A DNA stretch of 63,465 bases, filler included, from Octopus bimaculoides (taxonomy: Eukaryota): NCBI RefSeq assembly GCF_001194135.2. It is 3 parts of 3 records of this genome, joined end to end, with 100 filler letters (N's around TTAATTAATTAA, not from the genome) between each part and the next. Parts side by side here need not be neighbours in the genome. Positions count along the whole stretch, not along the records: positions 1 to 26,839 come from NC_068996.1; positions 26,940 to 51,729 come from NC_068999.1; 1 more part is not named here. The stretch is one strand, 5' to 3'. The position numbers were made by a program, and so were the translations under genes. Each line of letters begins with the position of its first letter. Positions within the stretch are counted from its first letter, which is position 1. The notes under the pieces are model-generated. The model was not told the origin of the DNA, did not search any database, and saw nothing but the letters and a program-made list of their open reading frames with translations. Shown in pieces: positions 26,139 to 37,229 of this stretch.

Positions 26139-26530
26139 ATAACGAAGAAAAAAATGCTTTTTAATTGATGTATCAATACCAGCAGATGACAACGTTTCCC
26201 TAAAAGAAAAGGAGAAACTTTCAAAATACAAAAAAACTGGAAATAGAGGTAACTCGAATGTGGAATCTAAAAACAGAAACAATTCCTATCATAGTAGGCG
26301 CCTTAGGTATAATAAAAAAATATTCAGACAAATACATAACAAAGAGACCAGGACTTACAAATATATATAACATACAGAAAATTGCACTACTGGGCACTGC
26401 ACACATTCTACGCAAAACACTTTCAATACAGTAACCATAAGAGCACCACAGCATACCACAGCACATATCCAAGGCGCACAGATCTGCGCTCGGTAGTGAA
26501 GTGAAAGCACGTTAAAAAATAAAACTACTG
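26136..26530 (+). mobile_element. 3' end of an R4/Dong-like RLE LINE embedded in (TAA)n
   Basis: Translates to KKCFLIDVSIPADDNVSLKEKEKLSKY..LEIEVTRMWNLKTETIPIIVGALG...IQKIALLGTAHILRKTLSIQ*. (ATA)n lies at 26100-26135 and AATAATAATAA directly after the 3' UTR. Confidence 0.9.
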
Positions 26531-26540
26531 AATAATAATA

Positions 26541-26839
26541 AGCAGATGGGAACAGAAACCTCTGCATGGCAAGTATGTGGCTCGTAGCAAACAAGCTGAT
26601 GTCGACCAGAAACGCACGCATCAATGGTTACGAAGTTCAGGGCTAAAAGCAGAGAGTGAAGGTTTCATATTGGCTGCTCAAGACCAAAGCTTATTATCCC
26701 GGATCTACCAAGACAATGTGATAAAAAATGGAGCTGACCCAAAATGCCGATTTTGTAACGATGCGATTGAAACTATAGACCACTTTATCTCAGGGTGTAG
26801 AGTCTTAGCACCTGTAGAATATAAAGCAAGACATGACAT
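26541..26839 (+). mobile_element. Second, tandem RLE LINE fragment (zinc-knuckle region), truncated by a gap
   Basis: WEQKPLHGKY...THQWLRSSGLKAESEGFILAAQDQSL...KCRFCNDAIETIDHFISGC...YKARHD contains a CCHC zinc knuckle of R4/Dong-type LINEs. Confidence 0.9.
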
Positions 26840-26883
26840 NNNNNNNNNNNNNNNNNNNNNNNNNNNNNNNNNNNNNNNNNNNN

Positions 26884-26895
26884 TTAATTAATTAA
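26884..26895. other. TTAATTAATTAA island inside an N-gap (assembly filler); identical island at 51774-51785
   Basis: The same 12-mer palindrome, with stops in all six frames, sits isolated within N runs at two places. Confidence 0.8.
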
Positions 26896-26950
26896 NNNNN
26901 NNNNNNNNNNNNNNNNNNNNNNNNNNNNNNNNNNNNNNNTATATATATAT

Positions 26951-27972
26951 ATACGACGAGCTTCTTTCAATTCCCGTCAACCAAATCTACTCACAAGGCT
27001 TTGGTCAGCCTGAGGCTATAGTAGAAGACACTTGTCCAAGTGCCACGCAGTGGGACTGAACCTGCAACCAATCTTTTATTTGGTTCAGTTATTAGACTGC
27101 GGTCGACGGGCTTCCTTCAGTTTCTGTTTAAGAACCCCACTCACAAGGCTTGTGGTTGGTAACAGTGCTGTTGGTAAGCAAGCTACTTACCACACAGCGA
27201 CTCCTGCGCTTATAGATATATATAGAGAGAGATTATCCATTTGCAAGTATATATAGAGAAGGATATAAATGTGTGTTTGTAATAGCTGGACGTAACATGT
27301 GAAACAGAGCAAACAGGAAGCAGAGAAATGGTAGCTGGGAGGGAAGAATAAAGAAAGAAAGTGTGTGAGAGAGAAAGAGGGTGTAAAGTGAGACAATGAT
27401 GGGTCATAGTGAGAGAATGACCGAGAATGGTGTAAGAGAGTGGCAGGTTATAGAGGGGGAGAAACAGGAGATGCAAACGTATAATGGACAATATGTGAAA
27501 TACAAGAAACAGTACAGTATCCCCCATTTACACTGGCGTAACTAATAGCAACCACAACAACAACAACAACAACAACTGGAAGAAAAGCAAAAGATAATTT
27601 ATTGGGAGTAATTGAAACTCAGAGAAAATAAACGGCAAGGATACGATTTATAAGAATCAGCGGAAGTAAATTGTGTGGGGACAATTTCTTTAGAAGATTT
27701 GTAAAAGAGGTGGCGTGTCGGAAGGAAAGGGGGGGGCGGGTCCCATTTGCGAAATTAGAAAACGCTGGATGTAGGTTTGTGGGTGGGTAGGTGTGAGGGA
27801 CGCGTTTTATTTGAAGAATGGCGAGAAATTGAGTTCGTATGGGATGTAATTGTGAAGACATTTGTATAGGTGCAGGCGTGGTTGTATATTCTAGTGTAGT
27901 CTGAGACTGGCCAAAGCCTTACAAGTGGATTTGATAAACAGAAACTGAAAGAAATCCGTTGTATGTATGTGC

Positions 27973-28019
<47 letters not shown>

Positions 28020-29305
28020 TATAAGAAGTCCGTTGTATATATGTATATACATATATACAGATATACTATATATNNNNNNNNNNNNNNNNNNNNNNNNNNN
28101 NNNNNNNNNNNNNNNNNNNNNNNNNNNNNNNNNNNNNNNNNNNNNNNNNNNNNNNNNNNNNNNNNNNNNNNNNNNNNNNNNNNNNNNNNNNNNNNNNNNN
28201 NNNNNNNNNNNNNNNNNNNNNNNNNNNNNNNNNNNNNNNNNNNNNNNNNNNNNNNNNNNNNNNNNNNNNNNNNNNNNNNNNNNNNNNNNNNNNNNNNNNN
28301 NNNNNNNNNNNNNNNNNNNNNNNNNNNNNNNNNNNNNNNNNNNNNNNNNNNNNNNNNNNNNNNNNNNNNNNNNNNNNNNNNNNNNNNNNNNNNNNNNNNN
28401 NNNNNNNNNNNNNNNNNNNNNNNNNNNNNNNNNNNNNNNNNNNNNNNNNNNNNNNNNNNNNNNNNNNNNNNNNNNNNNNNNNNNNNNNNNNNNNNNNNNN
28501 NNNNNNNNNNNNNNNNNNNNNNNNNNNNNNNNNNNNNNNNNNNNNNNNNNNNNNNNNNNNNNNNNNNNNNNNNNNNNNNNNNNNNNNNNNNNNNNNNNNN
28601 NNNNNNNNNNNNNNNNNNNNNNNNNNNNNNNNNNNNNNNNNNNNNNNNNNGTGTGTGTTTGACCCCCACCAACACTTGATAACCGGTATTGGTTTGTTTA
28701 CGCACTTGTAACTTGGCCGTTTGGCATGATAGGCGGATATAATGAGTACAAGATTTTAAAGAGTAATAAGTAATGGGGGTGGATTTGTTCGACTAGGCCC
28801 TTGATGGTAGTGTCCCAGAATGGCCGCAGTTCAAAGATGTAAAATCTCTAATGCTGAACCCCTACTGTTACGGGAACGTAAACAAGCCAACATCGGTTGA
28901 TTGGTAGGGAACAAATACAAAGACACTACGTAGTGTCTTTGTATTTCGACTGCTACCGGCTATTTTGGCAATTCTAAAGTGAACGAGCTAAATGTTGTAC
29001 TCTAATACGTTCCTAACGGAATACACTTTAAATTACACACACACATACACATATATATACAACTGGCTTCTTTCAGTTTTCGTCTCCCAAATCCACCCAC
29101 AAGGCTTTGGTTTGCTCAAGGCAATAGTAGGTGCCACGCAGTAGTACTGAACCTGGAACCAATCTTTTATTTGGTTCAGTTATTAGACTGCGGTCGACGG
29201 GCTTCCTTCAATTTCAGTATAAGAATCGCCACTCACAATGTGCTATGCCGTGGCGGCCCTGAATCCGGAACCATGTGGTTGGAAAACAAGCTTCTTACCA
29301 CGCTG
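26951..29305. mobile_element. Several family B fragments: - 26951-27209, + 27880-28830 (across a gap), - ~28850-28915, - 29060-29305
   Basis: Diagnostic family B strings (CACTCACAAGGCTTTGG, GCCACGCAGT, GAAACTGAAAGAA, GCCGCAGT) occur in the stated orientations. Confidence 0.75.
27620..27870 (-). mobile_element. Possible highly decayed Penelope-like fragment (post-RT linker)
   Basis: HP..FLAILQ...F..PPLSFRHATSFTNLL resembles the PLE thumb/linker pattern HP..F..LQ..F..PP..+RR..NL. The minus strand is C-rich like the 4405 element. Confidence 0.35.
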
Positions 29306-30440
29306 TCGCACTGAATCTTACCATGCTGCGGCACTAAATCCGGAGCAGCCATGTCTGCTTTTTATTTGTCCATAAATTCATCTTATAAGCTTCACGGAGA
29401 GCCCTGAATAGGAACCCCCATTGCTACTTCTCCTATCCTAACTAAATGGAAATTATAAATAAATACCTAACTATAATATCATAGAAATAACAAGAAGAAA
29501 ACGATCAAATATTTCAGTTTGATCATTCGATGAATGTAAAGAACAATTGATGAGATCTGATCGAAAAGATTTTCTGAAAAATGATTGGAGCATAATTAGC
29601 GGAAACATTAACGATTCATAGAACTGGTTCAAGGAAATCCGATGAAAAGAGTCCTATTTCTGCTCTAAAAATTCTCATAACGAAAAGAAAGAGAATTTGT
29701 CCCATTTTAGAAATAGATATTGGTAGCATCGTGACTATTTATAGTTGATAAAAAGACATATTTTTCCGCATGCTGCGAGAAACAATTATTAATGTCGTTT
29801 CTTCCCGGTTAAAAAAAAAAAAGATGTCTTATCTTTCTTTGGTGATTCCTGCTAGGTATGAGAGAAGTATATACATGTATGNNNNNNNNNNNNNNNNNNN
29901 NNNNNNNNNNNNNNNNNNNNNNNNNNNNNNNNNNNNNNNNNNNNNNNNNNNNNNNNNNNNNNNNNNNNNNNNNNNNNNNNNNNNNNNNNNNNNNNNNNNN
30001 NNNNNNNNNNNNNNNNNNNNNNNNNNNNNNNNNNNNNNNNNNNNNNNNNNNNNNNNNNNNNNNNNNNNNNNNNNNNNNNNNNNNNNNNNNNNNNNNNNNN
30101 NNNNNNNNNNNNNNNNNNNNNNNNNNNNNNNNNNNNNNNNNNNNNNNNNNNNNNNNNNNNNNNNNNNNNNNNNNNNNNNNNNNNNNNNNNNNNNNNNNNN
30201 NNNNNNNNNNNNNNNNNNNNNNNNNNNNNNNNNNNNNNNNNNNNNNNNNNNNNNNNNNNNNNNNNNNNNNNNNNNNNNNNNNNNNNNNNNNNNNNNNNNN
30301 NNNNNNNNNNNNNNNNNNNNNNNNNNNNNNNNNNNNNNNNNNNNNNNNNNNNNNNNNNNNNNNNNNNNNNNNNNNNNNNNNNNNNNNNNNNNNNNNNNNN
30401 NNNNNNNNNNNNNNNNNNGTGTGTGTGTGTGTGTGTGTGC

Positions 30441-30770
30441 ATTCTATCTTTTACTTCTCATTAGTTATGAGACTGCGGCCCTGCTGGAGCACCTCCTTGC
30501 AGAATTTTTAGTACTTATTTTCTTTTAAAGCCTGGTGCTTATTCTACCAGTCTCTTGTCGGACCACTAAGTTACGGGAACACAAAAGCACAAACACCAGT
30601 TGACAAGCAATGGTAGGGGGCATAGGCATATATATATACGGGCTTCTTTCAGTTTCCGACTACCAAATCCACTCACAAGGCTCCGGTCGGCCCGGGGCTA
30701 CAGTAGAAGACAGTTGCTCAAAGTGTCACGCAGTGGGACTGAACCCTAAGTTTGTTGGGAAGCAAATTTC
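30441..30770 (-). mobile_element. SINE family B copy (diverged)
   Basis: GACTGCGGCCCTGCTGGAGCACC...CGGGCTTCTTTCAGTTTCCG...CACGCAGTGGGACTGAACC is the reverse complement of family B. Confidence 0.8.
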
Positions 30771-30974
30771 TTATATATGTGTGTATATATACTATGATAT
30801 ATATATACAGCTGACGTACCCAGTAGTTCCCGGGGAAGCGGGGCTTATCCCTTGGTTACGTTCTTTTGGAACACTGCCTTGAAGGGTGTCAGTCGAATGA
30901 ATCGATTCTAGAACTCCGTTCTGTTAAAGACTCGTATTTATTCTATCGGCCTCTTTTGTCGAGCCGCTAAATTA

Positions 30975-31086
30975 TAAGTGTAAGTAAGTGCGCCCTTTTA
31001 AAGCCTAGCCAGGCTCATGGGCCGGTTTCCCGGTTTCAATGGCGTATGTGTTCCCCTCAGCTGGATGGGGCGCCAGTCCATCGCAG
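30975..31086 (-). mobile_element. 5'-truncated SINE 3' fragment (probably family D) with a 14-bp TSD, inserted into a family B remnant
   Basis: GAGCCGCTAAATTA is duplicated at 30961-30974 and 31087-31100. The insert reads CTGCGATGGACTGGCGCCCCATCCAG... on the minus strand. Confidence 0.8.
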
Positions 31087-31113
31087 GAGCCGCTAAATTA
31101 CAATGACGTAAAC

Positions 31114-31452
31114 CAGTAGTTCTCAACCGTGTTCTATATGGTCCCTGAGGGTCTATATAAGATATCTGGGGTGGGGTCCACGCTACAAAATAGTAAATTG
31201 GGTTCCACAATAATGTTTTAAGGGCTACAGAAAAAAAATTTGCTTTCGATATATGTATTGGTATGTTTTGCAAGAAACAGCTAACATTTTACATAATTCA
31301 ACCTACACAAGTGAATGTTTGAAAAACTAAATAGGAATTTTGAAAAACATTTCTATAAAACTAAGTTTTAAACATCGTATGGTTGTGGGGGTCCACCAGA
31401 ATAAAACAGTAATCAAAGGGGTCGATAGATAAAAAATGATTGAGAACCCCTG
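31114..31452. mobile_element. hAT-type MITE, 339 bp, with 8-bp TSD
   Basis: TIRs are CAGTAGTTCTCAACC and the reverse complement CAGGGGTTCTCAATC. The 8-bp TSD ACGTAAAC is exact at 31106-31113 and 31453-31460. Confidence 0.92.
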
Positions 31453-32189
31453 ACGTAAACGAACAAACATCGATATTTTGACGCTAAATGCGAGGTAACA
31501 GCCTTTGTGTGTCTTTTGACTGGCTAATATAATTGATATTATCAACAGCATATTATGACTGGTCCTTAGGTTATCGACCTCCGAAGTGAAACCAATGTCA
31601 ACTAAAGTTACAAGTCATGCAGAGAAGTTAAAATGGCGTCACTAAATACTGCTTGTCATTCTATCCGACACCCTGCTTCTCCTAATTCTTTGCTAAATAA
31701 TTGAAAATAACTCATAGCGTTTTATTTCAAGTGTCAGGTTAACGTTCTAAAATCACTCTTCTTTTCATTACACCAGCAGGTTCTTCACCCCCCCCCCACC
31801 CTTGTTTTTTCGCTTTTTAACCAGCCGCAATGTGGTAGGTAAGTATTAAGATGGGCCGTCCAAAATATTTTGTACTATTTCTAGGAAGCCATTCTGTCGA
31901 GACTTGCAATAAAATGTCTTCATATGCACATTTACTTTTCGTACATTCATAAAATGGAATTTANNNNNNNNNNNNNNNNNNNNNNNNNNNNNNNNNNNNN
32001 NNNNNNNNNNNNNNNNNNNNNNNNNNNNNNNNNNNNNNNNNNNNNNNNNNNNNNNNNNNNNNNNNNNNNNNNNNNNNNNNNNNNNNNNNNNNNNNNNNNN
32101 NNNNNNNNNNNNNNNNNNNNNNNNNNNNNNNNNNNNNNNNNNNNNNNNNNNGAGGAGGAGGAGGAGGAGGAGGGGGTAGAAATGAGCTG

Positions 32190-32395
32190 TAGAAATGAGT
32201 TGCGACGTCACAGGTGCCAAGCTGTATTGGCCCCTTTGCCTTTCCCTTGGATAACATCAGTGGCGTGGAGAGGGGAAGCCGGTATGTATGGGTGACTGCT
32301 GGTCTTCCATAAACAACCTTGCCCGGACTTGTGCCTCGGAGGGTAACTTTCTAGGTACAATCCCATGGTCAGTCATGACCGAAGGGGGTCTCAGC
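32190..32395 (+). repeat. GC-rich interspersed-repeat-like segment, probable 3' part of another SINE
   Basis: A GC-rich island in AT-rich context ending in CCCATGGTCAGTCATGACCGAAGGGGGTC. It has no second copy in this window, so the assignment is inferential. Confidence 0.4.
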
Positions 32396-32623
32396 ATGCC
32401 TCATCTCTATTGCATGTCTTCCTAGCAGCGCTTCATAAGATTACTAATCCTGTCGTATAGAGTCGAAATTACGTGGACCTACCACAGTCATTTGATGTAA
32501 GAACGTTTACGTTTGTTTCGCTCGTTACACTCAGTTGCGCCTTGTTTATACTGTTTCATTGACAGGTTTTAGTCTATTCCATTATTGGTCATCAAAGCAC
32601 GTCTATACATACATATACAGAAG

Positions 32624-32834
32624 GAAGCGAACAGGCAGAATCGTTAGCAAGCAGGACAAAATGCTTAGCGGCATTCCGCACTTCTTTACGTTCTGAGCCC
32701 AAATTCTGCCGAGGTAGACTTTGCCATACATCCGGGTCGATAATAATAGGTACCAGCTGAGCACTGGGGTCGATGTAATCGACTACACCACACCCCCGCT
32801 CCTGAACTTGCTGGCTTTATGCCAATTTGAAATC
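32624..32834 (+). mobile_element. SINE family A copy
   Basis: Aligns by eye to 2641-2848 over its whole length. Confidence 0.85.
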
Positions 32835-33558
32835 TATATAGATATATATATACACACAAATACACACAAACGCGCGCGCGCGCACGTACACATATACACA
32901 CACTCAACACACTCACAAAGACTGATACATCCGCACACACGTAGATATATTCCCTAAGTAACAATTTAAAACAAATATATTTACATATAACCATACATAC
33001 CCATCCATATATATATATGTGTATGTACATATGTATACATACTCACATACATACATACATACATACATACATACATACACACACACAGACACCCACATTC
33101 TCATTTGTATATATTCATTAAGTGAGAGTTTAAATGAACTCAAAATATGTTTACATCCACACGCTCACATACATACGTAAATACACACCTATATGTATAC
33201 ATATATACATACACACATTCGTACACATTCATACATACACATCTACATGTAGACAAATATATTACCTACATACATACACGTATCAGTGTATGTAAGTATC
33301 TATGTGTGTATGTGTGTGTGTTTGTGTTTGTGTTTGTGATAGACAGACAAAGACGGATCGATATATTTACGTATATCTATAGGTTATTAAATCGTTAATA
33401 AAATATTTGTTGTATTGAAATAAATAAGATTCTCAGAATTACAGACTATTAACCGCAAACAGTGAAGATCTTATTTACGTTCACCAGTACGAAATGCACC
33501 CCCCCCCATACACTAAACAAATACATCATACATACATATATATACATATCTATCTATC

Positions 33559-33594
<36 letters not shown>

Positions 33595-33770
33595 CAGCTG
33601 AGTGCAATGTGTTGCCAAAGGAAAACTATATTTGTCGCAAAATATGACTAGATTGTTAAAACACCCACATTGCTAGAAATAAGAGCTAAAACGGTCTAAT
33701 GCTGTAGTTAAATCACATAATTGTATACATATGGACTAACAGGGACTGTAATTACCCCAAAACACCGGTC

Positions 33771-33835
33771 GAGAACTCCCTATACTGATCGGTCAGTTTC
33801 GGCTATTTCCGTCGCCTCATCAGTAGGGAACGCTC
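33771..33835 (-). ncRNA. Type I hammerhead ribozyme (self-cleaving RNA motif)
   Basis: Minus strand reads GAG-CG-UUCCCUA-CUGAUGA-GGC-GACGGAAAUA-GCC-GAA-ACUGA-CCGA-UCAGU-A/UAGGGAG-UU-CUC. It has a complete CUGANGA and GAAA core, 3-bp stem II, 5-bp stem III, a GUA cleavage triplet (cut between 33783 and 33782), and a 7-bp stem I extended by a 2x2 internal loop plus 3 bp. Confidence 0.9.
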
Positions 33836-35334
33836 AATTCGGCTATATATATATATATATATATNNNNNNNNNNNNNNNNNNNNNNNNNNNNNNNNNNNN
33901 NNNNNNNNNNNNNNNNNNNNNNNNNNNNNNNNNNNNNNNNNNNNNNNNNNNNNNNNNNNNNNNNNNNNNNNNNNNNNNNNNNNNNNNNNNNNNNNNNNNN
34001 NNNNNNNNNNNNNNNNNNNNNNNNNNNNNNNNNNNNNNNNNNNNNNNNNNNNNNNNNNNNNNNNNNNNNNNNNNNNNNNNNNNNNNNNNNNNNNNNNNNN
34101 NNNNNNNNNNNNNNNNNNNNNNNNNNNNNNNNNNNNNNNNNNNNNNNNNNNNNNNNNNNNNNNNNNNNNNNNNNNNNNNNNNNNNNNNNNNNNNNNNNNN
34201 NNNNNNNNNNNNNNNNNNNNNNNNNNNNNNNNNNNNNNNNNNNNNNNNNNNNNNNNNNNNNNNNNNNNNNNNNNNNNNNNNNNNNNNNNNNNNNNNNNNN
34301 NNNNNNNNNNNNNNNNNNNNNNNNNNNNNNNNNNNNNNNNNNNNNNNNNNNNNNNNNNNNNNNNNNNNNNNNNNNNNNNNNNNNNNNNAAAGAACTCCAT
34401 CGACCCGGAGAGCATTCTTAACTCCAGGACGGAGGTCTTCGGATCCTGCTTGCACTTCAAGAAATTCCTACTGGCTGACGTCCTGGGGTCCACACGCCAA
34501 AATGGTCAATTAATAGCTGTCAAAAGGACAATCCCTTGTTACTGACATAGAATAACGAAATCTTTTCCTCTTCCATTTTATAGAGAGGCCACTTGCAAGA
34601 TTGGCCATAGGTCAACGGGTTTTAAGGTCTGAAGAAATGCAGTAACCCAGAGTAACCCCATAGACCGGCCATAACTATATATACTCTACTGGCCTATAAC
34701 TTAGAATGTGTTTCTGCAGTTGGCTAGCGTCCTATCCATTGGGATATTTTTCTCTTCATTTTGTTTTGAAAACGCAGCTAAACGTCGGCATTATAGGTTT
34801 TTAAATAAGTAACCGGATTAGTCGTTAATTTTATTTTCTTTAAATGGTACAATAAATAGTGTTGAACCTCATTCTACTTAACCTATTTTTCCGAACCACA
34901 ATTGCTCTCGATATTAACTTTCCGTTTTTTAAAGGTCTTAGCTACTTCAGAGTAGTGTTCTTTGTAAGTTGGATGTTATATCGATTACGGAATACGAAGG
35001 AAGGTGTTACAAGCGCAATCTTAAAATAAATGAGGATGTTATAGGATAATTTCTAATAAAAATGAACGGGGGTGTGAACACACGGAGTTTTATCACCGTC
35101 AAAAGATGGAGGAGATATGCTGGTATCAGTTATTGATCACTTATAATCGTTGGTTTATTAAAAAATATATTTGGACAACATGATAATATCTATCGGTGAA
35201 CGAGTTAGAGATATCGCCGATATTCGATTATCTTCATGTAGGCTGGCACATTTAAAGGAAGAAAGCGATAAATAAAAGACCAATATCAAATCAGTCTTCA
35301 GAAATATTCTAATATTTAGACCAATACTTTCCAC

Positions 35335-35365
<31 letters not shown>

Positions 35366-35539
35366 CTTCTTCTTCTTCTTCTTCTTCTTCTTCTTCTTCC
35401 AATATCGATTTTCTTATATTACAGAGGCGCAACACCTTAGCTTTCTTGCGTGTTGAGGTGGTGGTGGTGGTGGTGGGTTTGAGGAACTGAGCTTCTATGG
35501 TGTTCATGCCTTTCCCAATAATACATTATTGACGTCAAG

Positions 35540-35618
35540 GAAAGCAGTGCTGGCAGAATCGTTGGCATGCCGGACAAAATACTTCGCGGCGTTTCGTCAG
35601 TCTTTTTACACTTGCAAA
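35540..35618 (+). mobile_element. SINE family A head, truncated by a gap
   Basis: CTGGCAGAATCGTTGGCATGCCGGACAAAATAC matches the family A head. Confidence 0.7.
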
Positions 35619-37185
35619 NNNNNNNNNNNNNNNNNNNNNNNNNNNNNNNNNNNNNNNNNNNNNNNNNNNNNNNNNNNNNNNNNNNNNNNNNNNNNNNNNN
35701 NNNNNNNNNNNNNNNNNNNNNNNNNNNNNNNNNNNNNNNNNNNNNNNNNNNNNNNNNNNNNNNNNNNNNNNNNNNNNNNNNNNNNNNNNNNNNNNNNNNN
35801 NNNNNNNNNNNNNNNNNNNNNNNNNNNNNNNNNNNNNNNNNNNNNNNNNNNNNNNNNNNNNNNNNNNNNNNNNNNNNNNNNNNNNNNNNNNNNNNNNNNN
35901 NNNNNNNNNNNNNNNNNNNNNNNNNNNNNNNNNNNNNNNNNNNNNNNNNNNNNNNNNNNNNNNNNNNNNNNNNNNNNNNNNNNNNNNNNNNNNNNNNNNN
36001 NNNNNNNNNNNNNNNNNNNNNNNNNNNNNNNNNNNNNNNNNNNNNNNNNNNNNNNNNNNNNNNNNNNNNNNNNNNNNNNNNNNNNNNNNNNNNNNNNNNN
36101 NNNNNNNNNNNNNNNNNNNNNNNNNNNNNNNNNNNNNNNNNNNNNNNNNNNNNNNNNNNNNNNNNNNNNNNNNNNNNNNNNNNNNNNNNNNNNNNNNNNN
36201 NNNNNNNNNNNNNNNNNNNNNNNNNNNNNNNNNNNNNNNNNNNNNNNNNNNNNNNNNNNNNNNNNNNNNNNNNNNNNNNNNNNNNNNNNNNNNNNNNNNN
36301 NNNNNNNNNNNNNNNNNNNNNNNNNNNNNNNNNNNNNNNNNNNNNNNNNNNNNNNNNNNNNNNNNNNNNNAAAAGACAAATGCTACAAGACCTTTCTAAC
36401 GAAATCCGTTATTTTCTTTTTGTTTTGTATTTTGTATTTTTTTGGTGGGAGGGGGGTTCTTTCCGTCAGAAACGTTGCAAACCAATTATTGACCAAGCGT
36501 AAAAAAAGAAAAGAAAAAAAGAACAAGCCTGCAATCAACGGATCCTATTGTTTAACAAATTGCCAAATGAAATAAATGGATAATCAAACAAACAAACAAG
36601 CAATGTCTAGCTCTCGAACACTTGTGGCTCTCAGTTTACTGTGTCATATCTTCGCGGTTATCAGAGCGAGAGACCGACAAGAAGCCTTCATTTTCAACAG
36701 CTGGCTTGTTCAGTCCTAATGTGACACAGATGTATTCGTATCGCCATATTGTATAAACAACTTGTGTGTATGTGTATATAGGTTGTGACGAGCGGTGGGG
36801 GCGCGCTTGGCATTTTATTTATCTTAAACAAAAGGCCGTTACAATATGTGGCATTTGATGTCGTCAATTCATTTTTTTCTCTCTTTCTCTCCTACTCACT
36901 TTTTACTGTTTTCTTCTTCTCCATCCTCACTCTCTCTCTCTCTCTTTGGTTCGGTTACCGTTGTAATTACTATCAAAAGACAATCGATTGTCTTTGATGT
37001 TGCGGCTTTTAAAATTTTTTTTTACACCACGTCACGGATGCGATATCAAAATTCGATATTTTCAAATGGTGCTGGGAACGAGTGGTCGGGCGGATTGTAT
37101 CCAATCAATAACAGTGACGTCTGAATTGCTGTCAAGATATATAAACGGTTGAGATGTTTGAATGGTTGTCCGTCCACACACACAT

Positions 37186-37214
<29 letters not shown>

Positions 37215-37229
<15 letters not shown>

